Origin: Stylophora pistillata
Taxonomy: Eukaryota
Length of the DNA: 64,000 nucleotides
Assembly: GCF_002571385.2 (NCBI RefSeq)
Contig: NW_019218034.1
Location: forward strand, 66,451 to 130,450
Direction: 5' to 3'
In this document: positions 36,463 through 50,298 of the stretch, piece after piece
How the letters are laid out: every line of letters begins with the position of its first letter
Position numbering within the stretch: the stretch's first letter is position 1
Notes under the pieces: generated by a model
Seen by the model: the letters and a program-made list of their open reading frames with translations, nothing else
What the model was told of the DNA's origin: nothing
The model's database searches: none
Made by a program: the position numbers and the translations under genes

Positions 36463-39400
36463 CTATATCATCCACTACCTATATGCAATATTGACAATTT
36501 TGATTGAATTGATTCTGGAGTTGAAAACTCATTAACCATTTTTTATGGATGAATTTTCATGAGAAATTATTGTTTGTGCACCAGTTTAGATCACAGTATA
36601 TCAGTGGAATAAGAAAACAATTTACCATGAATTGAGTGATATTTGCAGCAATAGTGGCACTTTAAGAACTTGGAAATCTTAAAACAGTTGCCACACAACA
36701 AAATATTGAAAAAAGGAAAGGTAATTTTCAGCCTTGTTGTGGAAAATTTTAGGTTCTTCAACTGTGGTTTTAAATGGGGCAATATACTTGCTGGAAATTT
36801 TTGTCAGTCTTGAAATTGAAATTCTACCTATGGGCAAAAGTCCTAAAAAGAATTACAAGGTTTGGGGTGAGTGGAGTGGGTGAACTCCAGTCTGATTAAT
36901 TTTGATAAGAGAGTTAAGTGGCTGAATTCTTGATACATTTTTGTTAGAAATCAATTATGTTGAAGAAGTTATTTCAGTTGTCATATTTTTTGAGATTTAG
37001 GAATGAAGCATCCATTCATGCCCAGTACAGATTTTAAAATCTGAAATTATTTTTGTTTTTAATTGTAACACAACATATTCATCACTCTGCCTTGGAAAGA
37101 TCCAGTGATTCTAGTGAATATTATATCTATTAAAATTGAAGTGGCTGCATAGTACGTCAATTAACTTTGACATGTGTTCAACTTACCTGTTGCTATTGAC
37201 ATGTAAATCCATTCTGGTATAGGTTTTGGAAATATCAAAGGAAAACTGCATAATAAACATCTCAGTGTGAATTTTTGCCACATTATTTAATAGTTGTGTA
37301 TGCATAGTTATGGTAGCGTGTATGGTTAATTTTCTGAAAACAGTCCCAGAAGTCTGCACTTGGTCTATTAGCTTTAAGAAATTAACATTAATCAATATGA
37401 TTACTTTAAACTTTTCCAACAATATAGTGATATTGGTAGGGTGTGTAGGATGTTTGGTGTTAAGCCTAACAGTCTAGGAATCTTGGCATGAACTTATCCT
37501 CTTAATTGAATACATAACAAAATACAAAGAAAAATGTTTTGAGCACGGATGTGGAATATTGAAAGATATCTTTCTTTTGTCATGAGTGTGGGACAAAGAT
37601 TTGAACTCAAACTTTCCATGTCTGAGAGCAAGGACACATAATAAGTTGATAATGTACGAAAGGCCTTAGATACAGTTTGGATCATCAACATTGGAAGTGT
37701 CTTATGTAGAAAGACAGTTAAAGAGATGGTACCTTATGAACTCTAAGATTCAAGAAAGCTCCTTTTTGTGATATGAAGCTCTTTCACCTAGGGTAGCAGG
37801 ATCACAGATGTCTTATGTGTCTTGAGTGGAGATAGGGTAAGAAGATGGTAAGCTTGGACAGTTGTCCAATAAAGAAAAGTGTTGACCGAAAATCACTATA
37901 TATATGACTGATATAGGGTAAGCTTGCAATAAGTTATTTAAAATGTGGGAAATCTTTGTTTTCCTTTGCAGATATTACTGGTATATTTCAAAAGCAGCCT
38001 GGCTGATTTCAAACCAAAATCTTACTATTGTAAGCTCATATCTTTTAATTTTGTTTGACTGTCTTTGTTGACTGTTGTATTGAGAGTTTGGACAATTTAT
38101 TTATTGTAATACTGAGATGCTTGTAGATATCTTAAAGTTATGCAAACAACACGCAGGAATGCAGATGGTTGGTTGCATAATGACCACCAAATTTAAATTT
38201 CACCCATTAAATTTTGCTGACTGCTGATCTTACCATTTGGGGTCTCCGTGGACTGGTTTGACCAGTGAATATTATATTTGAAAATTTATGGAGATGTGTT
38301 ATTTATTTTTAAAGAGATGTCAATTGTTGGAATCATTTCAACATCCCTGAAGATTATTTAGAAAAATGAAATAAAATCTGTCAGAGTGGGATTGCTGTAT
38401 TTTCCTCAGCCATATTTTATCTCAACCATGATATTCTCCTTAATTTTATTCCAATATTAAAAATTTGCTTAGCAATATCATTTATCATAACAAAGTGGAT
38501 AGAGAACAGGATCTTTACTTTTTTAAATTGGTTGAAAGGATCATTGCTTCTACAGGATTTGTGCATGGCTAAACACTCCACATAGGTTACTGGATATGGG
38601 TGGTCAGATTGTTATTAACTGATTGTGTTACAGTACTAATCAGGAAACAACCATTTTTCAAGTAAGGAATTTTTACCAGGATTACTCTCAGTCTATTGAT
38701 AACACGCAATATTTCTTGACAAGTAAATGCTTTATTGAAAAAAAGAAAAAAATTAAAAATGAAATGAAAATAATAATAGTAATAATAATACTGATAATGA
38801 TATTAGTAATAATAAAAAGTGAGAAATTCCTATGGCACCAGAAGAAATCAGACAATTTCTCTCCCAGGGCCACTATTTTAAATTTTAGTTCAACGTTTTG
38901 CTGAACACTATAGTGAAAAATTGCTGTTTACAAAAAGAGTCAAGTTGCTCGATGTAATTACAAACGAAAAAAAACATTCTGTTATCCGTGTTTTTTTCAT
39001 TGTCTCAGCCATTCCTCTATGCAGGTGTGGGTTAATCACCAACTCTAGTAGTATTTTATCATGTGGTTGTCACATCCAGGTAGTAACGCCTCGTTCGCGG
39101 GTGAGATCACGCCATCTTGCGTTTTCTAGTCCATTTGCTCGCCTTTTGAATTTCCTATGTATACTTAATTTAAGCTCTCTAAGAAGCAGCATTACACTGA
39201 GAATTTCTTCATCAGGAAACAGTAAGTATTTGTCGGGAACCGGCTCCAGTATTTGTGAATTTTCTTCCCGTAGTTCTCCGCCCCTTAAAAGGTGAAATTA
39301 TTGTCACACACCTTTTCGTTCTAATCTTTCTACATGCTAGTGAGGAAGCTTCAAGTGTAACAATCGTTTGTCGAGACTTTTCCTAAAGAGCTTTCTGCTT

Positions 39401-40317
39401 AAACACTGGTCTTTATTCGGGTATGTAACTTACAAGTAATTTAGCTTCTTTTATTGCTCAGCTTCAAAATAGTAATACAAAGTTGGCGCTGATTTAGTAC
39501 AGGTACCGTAACGTTTTGATCATACGTGTGAAATTATCCTTTTGTTTTCGGCCGTCTAATTTATTTGATTAGTTCTCCGTGTGGAGTCGAACTTCATAAC
39601 AGTTGATAGAGTTTTGCTGGTGGGTCAGCTGATTTATGGGGAAATTTGGACGCAGGGGCTCAGTTCCACTATACAAAGGATGTCGGCTCTTCGCATCATT
39701 TGAGGAGTAAACAGCCGGGAGGTTAATTTGTGCCTAAAATAACTGTCAGTTATTTTGTTGCCCAAAAATTAGTAGCAGCAGATTTCATATTAACATGGAC
39801 GACTTTTGCAGCAGAGACTTTCCCAACATAACAATTTTGAAAGTATCGATTTAAACGGGAAACTCAGACTCGAAAAGTTACTTTCATGACGAATACTCCC
39901 TTCATTTTTAAGTTGTTATCTAGTTCAAATAGTGGTAACCTGGTTTTCTAAGGAGTGAACATTTACCTGAGCGACGCCCGCAAGATTCTGATATCTTTTA
40001 AAGGTCAGGGGTCAAAATTTTGGAATCAGCAACCCCATAATTTTTGTGTGGGAGGAGTGTAATCACAGGATTGTGTTATTCATCATGATCACAACATGCT
40101 CTCCCATGCAAGTTAGGTCAGCCCGGGGCAATTCTTTCTGTGAATTATCTGGTTTCTTCAGCTGCCAAGGACGAAAGAGAGCAAATTTTCAAAGGTCTCA
40201 AAGATCACATGATATGATCCCCTTTCCCTGTTTGAGTGGCTCGCGAGGCGATTGAAAAACTGCGACCTGGCGGATTTATTCGTCTATCGAAGATTTAAAT
40301 TGGTATTCGAAAATCTT

Positions 40318-40630
40318 GGGCGCTTTCCATTCAACAAAAATCACCGGTTCAAAATCTCGGAACTTTAGCTGGCCGAATGGAACGCGTCCTTTTCGCTAAT
40401 TCGGGAAATTCCATTAAAGAGGGTGCACTCATAACGTATTCCTAAATTTTCGAAAATTTTTCCCAGAAGTTTTACCGTTCCATTCAATTTCGGACCGGAA
40501 TTTTCGGAATTTTTGGTCGAATGGAAAGCGCCCCTTATTCCTAAATTTTCGAAGACTTACCCCGGAACTTTTCCGTTCCATTCGATTTCGGACCGGAAAT
40601 CTCGAAAATTTTGTTGAATGGAAAGCACCC
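40318..40630. mobile_element. MITE (TIR GGGCGCTTTCCATTC, Harbinger-like) with tandemly duplicated right arm
   Basis: Left TIR at 40318; right TIR at ~40519-40533 and again at ~40616-40630; ~97-bp duplication. Confidence 0.75.
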
Positions 40631-40640
40631 TTGTTTTTAA

Positions 40641-40867
40641 AGGTGCCGACCACTTAACTGTTGAGGGGGGGGTAGGTGATCTCTGGTCATCAATAAATTT
40701 TTTTTTCTAGCAGTCTGCTGTGTAGAATATTTTTTTCCGATTTTTTGGTACATTTTTTCTTTTACATTTGGGCTGCATGCAATTTTTTTCTTCCAACAAG
40801 CGCTTGCAGGAAATTTTTTTTCACAATAACCCACCCCCCCCTCTTCAAAAGTTAAATGGTCGGACCT
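40641..40867. mobile_element. MITE with G-run/C-run subterminal arms
   Basis: AGGTGCCGACCACTTAACTGTTGAGGGGGGGG ... CCCCCCCTCTTCAAAAGTTAAATGGTCGGACCT imperfect TIRs. Confidence 0.65.
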
Positions 40868-41500
40868 AAAGACTTAATTTTCAAAATCTCCCGCGGGAGA
40901 GCATGCCCTCGGACAATTCTACGGACCCCCCTTGACTAAATCCTGGAACCGCCTCAGTATTTTTTCGAAAATTGTTAGTCGAGCTGGCATTTCTACTTAA
41001 CAATTATCACAATATCACAGGAAGCGAAAGGTCTTTGACAGAACCTTTTTCTGAGTGTAAAGTTGCCTCACAGCGAAAAGGGGGCGTGCGGTCCTTATCG
41101 GCTCTTTCCTCTTCTTCCACACGTGATACCCCACTCTTGGTGTGAGGAAGATACAGTGAAATAGTAAAAGCACTTTTTTAGAAGTGAACCCACAAGAGAC
41201 ACTACATGCCATTATCGTGAACTGTTTTGTTGTATGCCGTTATCTCACTATGGGCGAAACCTGCCCACAACATGGTATGCGCAAACGCGATTGAACTCTT
41301 TAACTTGTCGCCATTTTTCTAATGGGAAATAAGTAACCAACGAAATTACTTTCTTACTTCGGACGATGCATACTTCGCGACGAAACTGATCCCCGAGCGG
41401 CTCTCAGACTTAGCTGTCATCGCCGTGCATGCAGCTCAGTATGTGACAATCGATAGAAGGCTGGTTTGTTCGCTCTATTGACTATGTTTTGGTACAATGG

Positions 41501-41556
41501 ATATATGAAGTTCATATATTTTGAACTGCGGCATTAAATACGAATGATGCACGATC
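41501..41556. repeat. Fragment of the tRNA-containing element family (contiguous B-A junction)
   Basis: ATATATGAAGTTCATATATTTTGAACTGCGGCATTAAATACGAATGATGCACGATC matches B followed directly by A. Confidence 0.75.
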
Positions 41557-42210
41557 ATGTTTTGTTGTAGGTTTTTAAAACGCTGCTTAGGCTTCTGTCA
41601 GATTATTTCATGTTTTTCTGGAGCAATTTAATCGGTACCCGGTTGGTGGGGGAGGGAGCGTTGCGTGACGAGCCCAAACAACGGCTGCGAAGGAGACTAA
41701 CGCGCGTTTCGCTTCCCGGGAGTCTTGTAGACCTCTCTCCTTCTCATGTTGCATACTTTTCCGAAAACGAATAAACGCTCGCGCCAAAGTGCTAATAGTG
41801 TGGACGTGCACGCAAGCTACAGGTTTTGGGTCATTCCACTTCTCACTGACGATATTCAACATGATATAAGTATTAATGGTTTGGTTGGCTGATTGATATT
41901 AGCCACCCTATTCCTATAAAAAAAATTACATCCTCCCTGTAGGGTTATTCCGTGTGGCGGATCGGTCAGTGGATGAGAGGGATAAGAGCGCACTTTGCGG
42001 CCAAGCTACCTTTGCACCAGTTCAGATATTGTTGATTTTTGTACCTCTTTTTGGTCAGTATTTGTTTTCTTGTTTTCAGTACCGGCAGCCACATATTACT
42101 AATGACATCTCCTTTGGACTAACAACAGTGTTTTGTTTTTGGAAAACCGCTGACATATATCACTCCATTGAGCCATTAGAAACGTCGTTTATTTTCGGCA
42201 GCCCGCGGTA

Positions 42211-45200
42211 ATGGTGCAAGGAGACATGACGGAACAATGTTCCAACAGCAATGGAACAGCTAGAAACATAACAATCCGAGACGGGATCGAAGAGCAAAAC
42301 AATGTGACCATACGGCCGGCAACTCATTCCAGAAATCCTTTTGATGGTCGTACTACACGCTTCACAGACGACTTGTGGACTTTCGTGTCAGTGATAACGT
42401 ATATTGCGGACGTCGGAAGCGATTTACTTGTATGTGTCAAGTATTACAAGGAGAAAAATTTCTGGTGGTTTAGTCTTACGCTAGGATTCGTACTTGCCGC
42501 GTCATTTGCAATGCAATTGTTCTCTGCTAAGTGGCTTTTGGAAGATGGCAAACGAAAGGAATGCTTCACTTATTTATTACATGTGTTTCACCTGGGACCA
42601 GTTGTAAGGTAAGTAAGCTGGGTAATTAAGCCCCAAAACTGTCATGTCTCGTATAATCTTACAAAGTTCTAGAGGAACGGACTACTGGTAATTTGTTTTG
42701 CGATGCGTTTCCTTTCGTCGGAAACCTTTCGACTTCTTGTCCGGTTAACACGACCCAAGAATTTCCGGAGAAATTTAAATAGTGTTCGCGCCCGCTTTTT
42801 TAATGACAAAATATACTTCAGCAATTATCATATTGCTTATTTCTCGGAGTGGTAACTTTGCAGTGAACCTAATGACCGGATTTAAAGTCAGTTCGCTGAT
42901 TTGTCTGATATGGAACCTATAAAGTTACAGTTACAATTTAGTTAAAAAGATAATATCGGCGATATTTGCAGGCGTTTTTTTGTCTGTTAACAGTAATGAA
43001 ACTATGGTACATAGCTAGCTATATAAGAGCAGCAATAGAGTTTCAAATTAAGCTAGAGTAACTAATAATTTGAAGTAATCTCTTTATTTCGCCCGTTTGT
43101 TTGTAAAACAAGAAGATTTTTTTATTTTGTATTTTCTTCGGGTAAATTTTGTCACGTATCATTAAATTATCAGCCTTCCCTGAGTTGTTGTCTGATCGAT
43201 TTTTGTTTCTTTCGTCGCCGGTATTTGGCAGGTTCTAATTTCGCTGTCTCGTTATTCACCCGTCAAGTGATAGTCAGATCACAGCACTGTAATTGGCGAT
43301 TCTGTCACAAATTTTCTCCACAAGTTGTTGACACATTTTTTTTCATTAATTGTGCTTATTCCTTCACAACTTGTCACGCCGGCGTAACTTATTAACGAGG
43401 TATTTTCAAAACCTCAATGGCTCCACGAGAAATATTAGAAGAATTAGTGTCTTGACGACTTGAAATAATGAAGCCAGTTTGAGTTGGCTCAACTATTTTA
43501 CTGTCTGATTGGAAATTCGGCAAGCTTTTGACCGACAATAGTTCTAAGATAACTCTAATATTGGACGTATGTCGAAAGAGTCGTTTCGTGAGTCGTACCA
43601 CGAGATTTGTTGGACGTTTCTCAGCAATATGTGTTCGCATTCAGATTTTGATCTTTTTTCTTATCCTCCGAATATCCTATTAAGCTTTCCACAGGAGATC
43701 AGCATGAATATTCACGAATACTGTCTTTCTATTGATCGAACATATTATCCTCACAACTTCATCGTCGCTCTTCACTGAACTACTTTTCGTTCAGACTGGC
43801 GTTAGAGAGAACGTTTAGCAATACAAAGGCGCTGTACAGTTAGGTTTCAACAGAAAGTTACGGCGCTTAAATTTATCTAATTATTCCAAAAAACGGCGAA
43901 GCTTAAAACTGGCCTTGATTTGCATATAAATATCGCTTGTTGAATCTTCTTTGACAGATTATGTTGGCCTGGTTTTGGCTGAGAGGTGCGTTAATTGTAT
44001 TAACTTGCGATTACCATTTTTCTGTCCATTTTTAAAACATTGTTCGATGTGCGCTAGGAACCATTCACACGGCCGCGTTTTTCTAAACCCCAACAGCAAA
44101 AAAGTTACTGATTTTTCTGATCGACTTTTGTTCGTGCTTGTCTGCTTTGCATGTTTTATTGATTAGATTTTGTCGCGCTCCCCTAATTTTGAGATCCAAA
44201 ATAAATCAATCTTCAGAGCGTTCCATATTGTTTTTCAAGTTTTCACCCAAATTTACTCGTGCTTTGTTACACCACGCAATTATTGTCTTCATAGCTGGAG
44301 GCGTTTCAATCCTCTAATGAGTTTCACTGCGGTCCTGCCGCGAGTTCTTTTTTTCGGGAATGATTATAGGTTGTAATTATTCGGTTGAGGGGCCCGACGC
44401 TTTGCTGCAATAAGTCTTTTCTTTACGGAATTGTTCTCTACTTTCGATAACGATCTATGCACCGCGGACGAACGGTCTTATCTAAACCGATTAATTAGAA
44501 ATCAAGGACCTTGAGATGGCAATCATTAAGAAAACATTGTTGCCCCTAATTGAACGATGTTGTATGTCGTGTTCAAACACATTGATGACATTTTTAGTTC
44601 GTTCAAATGGCAGCCATGCGTAATGGTGGGCGACTTAACTGAACCTTATTAGAATAACTCGGATAAGGGCAGCTCAAGTATTATTCAGAATAATTTGAAC
44701 ATATCAACAAAGTTGAAATGGTAAATTGGCTACCGTTACGGTTATAAAAGCTGACGTTTCGAGCGTTAGCCCTTCGTCGGAGCGAAAAGAGGAATTGTGG
44801 GTTGTGTCTGCTTTAAGTATTATTCAAGCTGCGTTGTAACAGTCTTCAGTCTCCTTAGAGAGCTTCTTTATTTGAGCCCAACTCGGGGAGGAATTTATGT
44901 TTTTCTCGTATGGGATCTTTCAGCAAGTATAATGTTCACATGGCTAATTATCGCCGGAGTCCACTTTTAAACAAAGCGTCCTCAAAAGTCGTAATTTTTT
45001 TTTTCTATTGTTTCGGCGAGTGAAGGAAGGCGCGAGGCAAGCACTTGTGTCTGTTTTTTTCTTACTTTACAGACCTTTCTGCAGTTTAAGGTAACAAGAT
45101 GTGATTTTTCGAGTTTTTCGACTGTTGCAAAACGGTTTCTTTGAAAAGAATGGCTTTGTCCAGCAGTTTTAGCTTTGTATACCTACTACAGTCTGCTTTA

Positions 45201-48200
45201 AAACAAAAATGTACGCTTTCTTGTAGGTATTGGAAGGTTCTGAAGAGTGGTTGGAAAGCACGTCAAAAGAATGCAACTATTCTCGAATTCGCAGCGTTTC
45301 TTGGAGAATGGCGTGACATAAGCATGTTACGACTTCTTCAAGCTTTTCTAGAATCTGCCCCTCAACTTGTCCTTCAACTGTACATCTTACTACAACGACC
45401 ACGCCTTCAAGAAAACTTTGAACTTTTTACCGCTGCAACAGCAGCTTTTTCATTAATATCGTTAGTATGGGCCATTCTCGCTTACAGCAAATCGTTAAGA
45501 GACTTTAGAACACAAGGTTATGGTCTGTCAACTGCAGGTTTGTTATTCCAAGTACTGTGGCGCATCTCTATAGTTGCATCTCGTGTGGTTGCCATAGTTC
45601 TTTTTGCTTCGTACTTCAAACAATGGCTGTTTGTTGCCGTTGGGGCACATTGGCTTATGATGACAACGTGGTTGATTTGTCAGCGGACTCGTTTTTGCAC
45701 AGACGAAGACGGGACAGAGCATCCTTACCGGGAAAAACTGTTTAGTGCGGCTATTGGCTTCATGTACATCTTCTGCTTCTTCAACACAAGAGAAGGCATG
45801 ACTAGGAAGCGTATCGTTTTGTTCTACTCCATTATGTTGGTAGAGAACTCTCTGTTCGTGTCTATGTGGTTTCCTCACAGAACCTTCCGCGGAACTATGG
45901 CTGTAGCAGCATTAGGGGTAGTGTGGGGAGGATTTGTTTTTGGACTAATCTGTATGAGTTTGTATTATCGATTCTACCATCCAAGTTTACCAATTCAAGG
46001 AATTTTTCTTCAGAAGAGAACTTTCGATATGGAAGGACAAGTGACTCATTCGTGGTTTTGTTGTTTTTGCTGTCGAATAAGAAAATTCACGAAGACGAGT
46101 ACTGCAGTATTTCGTGATGCGGCCGAGGGTTTAATTCGAGACGTGAATCGCAGTGTAAACCATCATACTGCGTGTCCAAAACTATCGCCCCCTCAGTCTC
46201 AGGATAGCTCGTATATCTCAGGAAACCCTTGTCAGTTCATGTCGGGGTTAGACTCTAATCAGGTCCTTGTTCACAGTACACCCATACGACCCCTGGATAC
46301 GTGCAGTTCGTACGCCAATCATCCACTGGTTACAGGTCGCCTCCCGAGAATTTTGGTTACGGGAGCAACTCCTGAAGTGATAAGTCCGAGAGACTCTGTT
46401 TCAAACTCTTCCCTTGTCACTCTGAAGGAAATTGAAATGGAAAAACTCGATAATCTCGCGCGGCCAGATCTTCCCGTTAGTAACGGTGACCTCTCTGCTA
46501 CTACTGGTGCAGAGACTGAAAAAGTGGATCCTAATGCAAGTAAGAAGAACTGCTGTGCTAGACGAGACCTCCGTTTTCAGGACATAACTTGCACCTCGCC
46601 AAAAAGTCCGACCGCCGGAGAGATCATCAGCTGGTATCATCCTAACCCAACATGCGAGGCTTCCTCAGATGCCGAAGAAGAGAGAGCAGAAAGGATTAAC
46701 TATGGCTCATTGAGTTTTGGTAATCGATACAGTCTCGTCTCGTCCGACTGTATTTCGTTGTCATCCGAAAGTTCACGGAGCTCGGTAGATAGCATAATGT
46801 TTGCTGATGAGGGACCGGGAAGTTCAGGAGTGCATATGAAGAAGATGCTCTCACCTGAACTCACACCAAGAACGGCAGACGAAGGAATTTTTTCCGATGA
46901 GCGGGATTGGCCCTCCAAACCCACCACTATTGAAGACGCCGACATCAGTTCTGAAGCTTCTACACCACAGAACCCCAGAGTTAATAATCAGTTTCCTGTT
47001 TTGGTCAAAGACAGCCAAGCAGATACATTCCAAAGAGTCCAGTCCAGAGAAAGGACAAATGAATGGATTTTGTCTTCTTCTAAGCCAAGTGATGAATCCT
47101 ACAACTTGGTTGAGTTGTTAATGGATGCTCCATCGTCACCATCGAATAACCTGAAAAGCAGAACTAGAGAAACAGGGAATGGTTTGTTATCAGAGGAAAG
47201 GGGATGCGCTGAAAGTAAACTCGACTTTTCTGAGGAGGGATCTGGGTCTGAGAGAATGGATGGACACGATAGTGAGTCAACTGACGCAAGTAGCGACAGT
47301 TTTAACTTTAGAAATCATCATCGCTCGTGCGATGAGATTAAGACTGGAACGAATCGTATCTTGTCTTCTCCGGATGGGATCAAAAAGCGGCACACGTTTG
47401 ATTTTTCACAGTTATCGAAAGGTCCGAGGTCTCCACGGCGAAGACGAGACGGGAAATATCGTCGCTCAAAGAGAAAGGAGTTTGATAACTTTGTTGTGAC
47501 TTCTCTGAAGCCAGGAAAATACGGTTCACTTCGGCGATCAATGGAGCGTTTGGCTAGAATACAAGAGGACATAGAAGAAACCTTTTTGTTGAATACCGAA
47601 GCGGCTTTGAATGCCTGTATTCCTGAAATCGAGGCACCTTCGCCCATTGAAGAAGCAGTGAATTTAAACACGACAATTACAAATGAAACTAATATGGCAG
47701 GAAAAGGTTTGTGCAGTACGCATGATTCAAGCCAACGCAAGAGTGATCCGCAAGAAAACGCAGCCTCATTGTCTGCCAGAGAAAGCTTTAAAAAACGAAG
47801 GCGCTTGAAAAGATTCCTATCAAAAGAATTAGTCCCAGGGAAATTCTCATCAGTGAGACATTCCAGCGAAAGTTTGCAATCAGCGGAACAATTTGATTGT
47901 TTACAAGAAAATGGTGACATAGACAGAGGGCTGTCTTCCACTGTGTCCGCTGATCATTTGGCCAGCACTCGTCAAAGAGTAAACGGTGCAGGTGGGAGAG
48001 AAGAATTTCCAAGCCAAACAGTTAGTCTTCCAGATGTGCTTCGTTCCAATGGAAATAAATTTGAACGAGAAGTAATTAAGAAGCCAAATCCTAACGATAA
48101 TCGGGTAAACAGTACTCTTGATGGTACTGTTATTAAGAATTCAGAGATAGGTAAACATCACACGGGCTCGGTTCCCACCAAAAGACATACTTATCACTTT

Positions 48201-48350
48201 ACTGGCAATTCTGCAACTCAGACGGAAGTACAAGAAAGGTTGCTTAGCGCAGAGAATGAGAAAAGGGCACCAGAGACAGGTCATCAATGCCAACGTAGGT
48301 GTCAGTCGGAGGTTTTGATCGGCACAAGAAACTCTTCTGTTTATGTATAA
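42211..48350 (+). CDS. XK-related membrane protein, paralogue B with very long Ser-rich C-terminal tail (~1173 aa)
   Basis: Exons 42211-42608 and 45227-48350; same intron position as paralogue A (GPVVR|YW). Motifs YIADVGSDL, DISMLRLLQAFLESAPQLVLQLYI, SRVVAIVLFAS, LYYRFYHP. The second exon is a 3.1-kb uninterrupted ORF. Confidence 0.93.
44700..44786 (-). mobile_element. Hammerhead-bearing short repeat copy in XKR paralogue B intron
   Basis: 44750-44783 is identical to 4767-4800. Confidence 0.75.
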
Positions 48351-50298
48351 AGAATGCTGACAAATTTTATACCGCGACCTCATCTGACATTTTTTAAGTC
48401 TCACCCAAATCTCGACAAATATCTGATTTCTGATTGGTTGTATTTCACTTCACGAGTTAGGTGTCCTTGATTAAGTTTTCTACGTACATAACTTTTGCAC
48501 CTTCCTGTTAAGCATTTGGAACTGCGTAGTCTATAACTTTTACGACGATTTATTTCATAGTGTAACATTCATAACACTTTTATTCGCAGACTTGAGTTAT
48601 TTTATAGCCGTGATTAAGGAATACCAGGTTTAATAAACCTATACCTCGTCAGTAATTACATACATATCTTTTGTTTGTATTGAGATTATTTTGATTTTTG
48701 GTTGCAGAAATAGAAACTAGGAGAAAAAGCATATTTGGTCGATAAACAAGTGAAAAGAAAAAATAGTTAAAGTATCGCAGATAACTGTTTAAAGAGGAAT
48801 TTTGTATTTTTTAGTTACACAACGTGCGGCTTGCGTTCATTTAACTTCAGTTAATTTGTCGATTCTATGTTCTCACTTTGAGATAGGTAACATGTAAATA
48901 TGTAAATGAGACGTTCTCGAAAATTTATTGATTTCATTGATAAAGACCACTTTTGGCGTGAAAATGTTAGTTCAAAATCTGTCTAGTATTTCACCAGTGT
49001 GAAAGATTAGCCCTTTCGTAGCCTTAGGCTCTGACTCGTTAAGGTACGGAATATTTGAGCTTTATCAGTCCCACTAACAAACAAACTTGCCTTGGCTGGC
49101 TGTTATAAAGTAGTTCGATTTACAATTTAAACGCATCGGTGTTTATGTCACGAGAAGCATTAGCCTTCTATTTACTTGTAACGTATCTGGAAAATAGAGA
49201 CTTCACCACTTTTGCACTTGTGATTCATGAATAAATCCATTGGATGCTGAACAGGAAAAAAGTTGAAAGAGAGTGGTTTTGATCCAGTCTGGCTAAACTT
49301 CTTTTCTGAGTTTTTTTTATATAGTTTGTATCAACTATCACCACATTTCAAAGTTCGTGATTCTCTTACTTTTGAGGAGAGGACCTAAATTTATTTGTAA
49401 TTACACTTGAACAAAGTCGTGGTACTGTTGTATTTAATACTTTTCTTTAAACGTGTGTGGGAATTTTTTGGATATGGATCGATTACTTCCCGTCAGTCAA
49501 CCTCAAGGTAAAGTCTAAGGGAAAATCGCGCGCCGAAGTCGCACGAACGTCCCACGCCTCTTAACATACCTTAAAGTGCGTTTATGGCACTATCGTAAAA
49601 ACTCGCGCTCTGTTTTGTAGACCACGTAATTGTTTTCCAAATCGTCGCAAATTGCCTGTCTCGCTAAACTTACTAATTATAGTATTTGATAAATCCTTGT
49701 TCCCTTGCGGTGTCTTCTCTAGAGTCAGCCTACTCAGCTGATATTAGAAGGTTTCCTCTTATTTTAAGGTGTTGTCTTTAATGATACAAGAGACAACATT
49801 TATTAAGTAGCTCCTTTGAACGAAAAAAAAAAGCTTCCTTTAAAAAAAATTGTGTTTTGAAGCTAAGGAGAGTCAAATGTGAGTTATTCACATTTTTAGT
49901 TTATTTTGTCTTGCCCCCCTGATACGTACTCACGGAGGAAATTGACAGAAAATAAAATTTAAAAAAGCATTCCTGTTTGTGGGTCGTCACAAAAGATCCA
50001 TTCTCCAGTTCTTTATTTTACCTTCTTATTTCTATCATTGAGAAAATGAAAGAAAAATAAGGTAGATAGCTTAGTTTAAGATGAAATAAACAATTTTTAA
50101 TATAAGAGAAAAATCGCATCTGGAAACTCGATTTTTCTCTAATAGTTTAGTTTGAACTTCTTTTTTTACAGTAAATTCTTGCCATTTTTTTCCCTTTCGT
50201 GTTTTTCTTTCTCACCGACTTGAAATTTTGTACCTTTTTTTTTAAAGTCAAGGTAGTTCTTTGCTATTTAAAAAAACGTGTCTTGAGCAACGAGTTTT

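Noticed and set aside
38623-38904. Ile-rich TM-like ORFs on both strands
   Set aside because: Products of an (AAT)-rich low-complexity tract.
39679-39692. GATGTCGGCTCTTC, matching a conserved LSU rRNA segment
   Set aside because: Only ~14 nt; the flanks do not continue as rRNA.
45543-48404. Antisense and alternate-frame ORFs over XKR-B (e.g. 47318-47941) and XKR-A
   Set aside because: Shadow ORFs of long coding exons with no recognisable domains.
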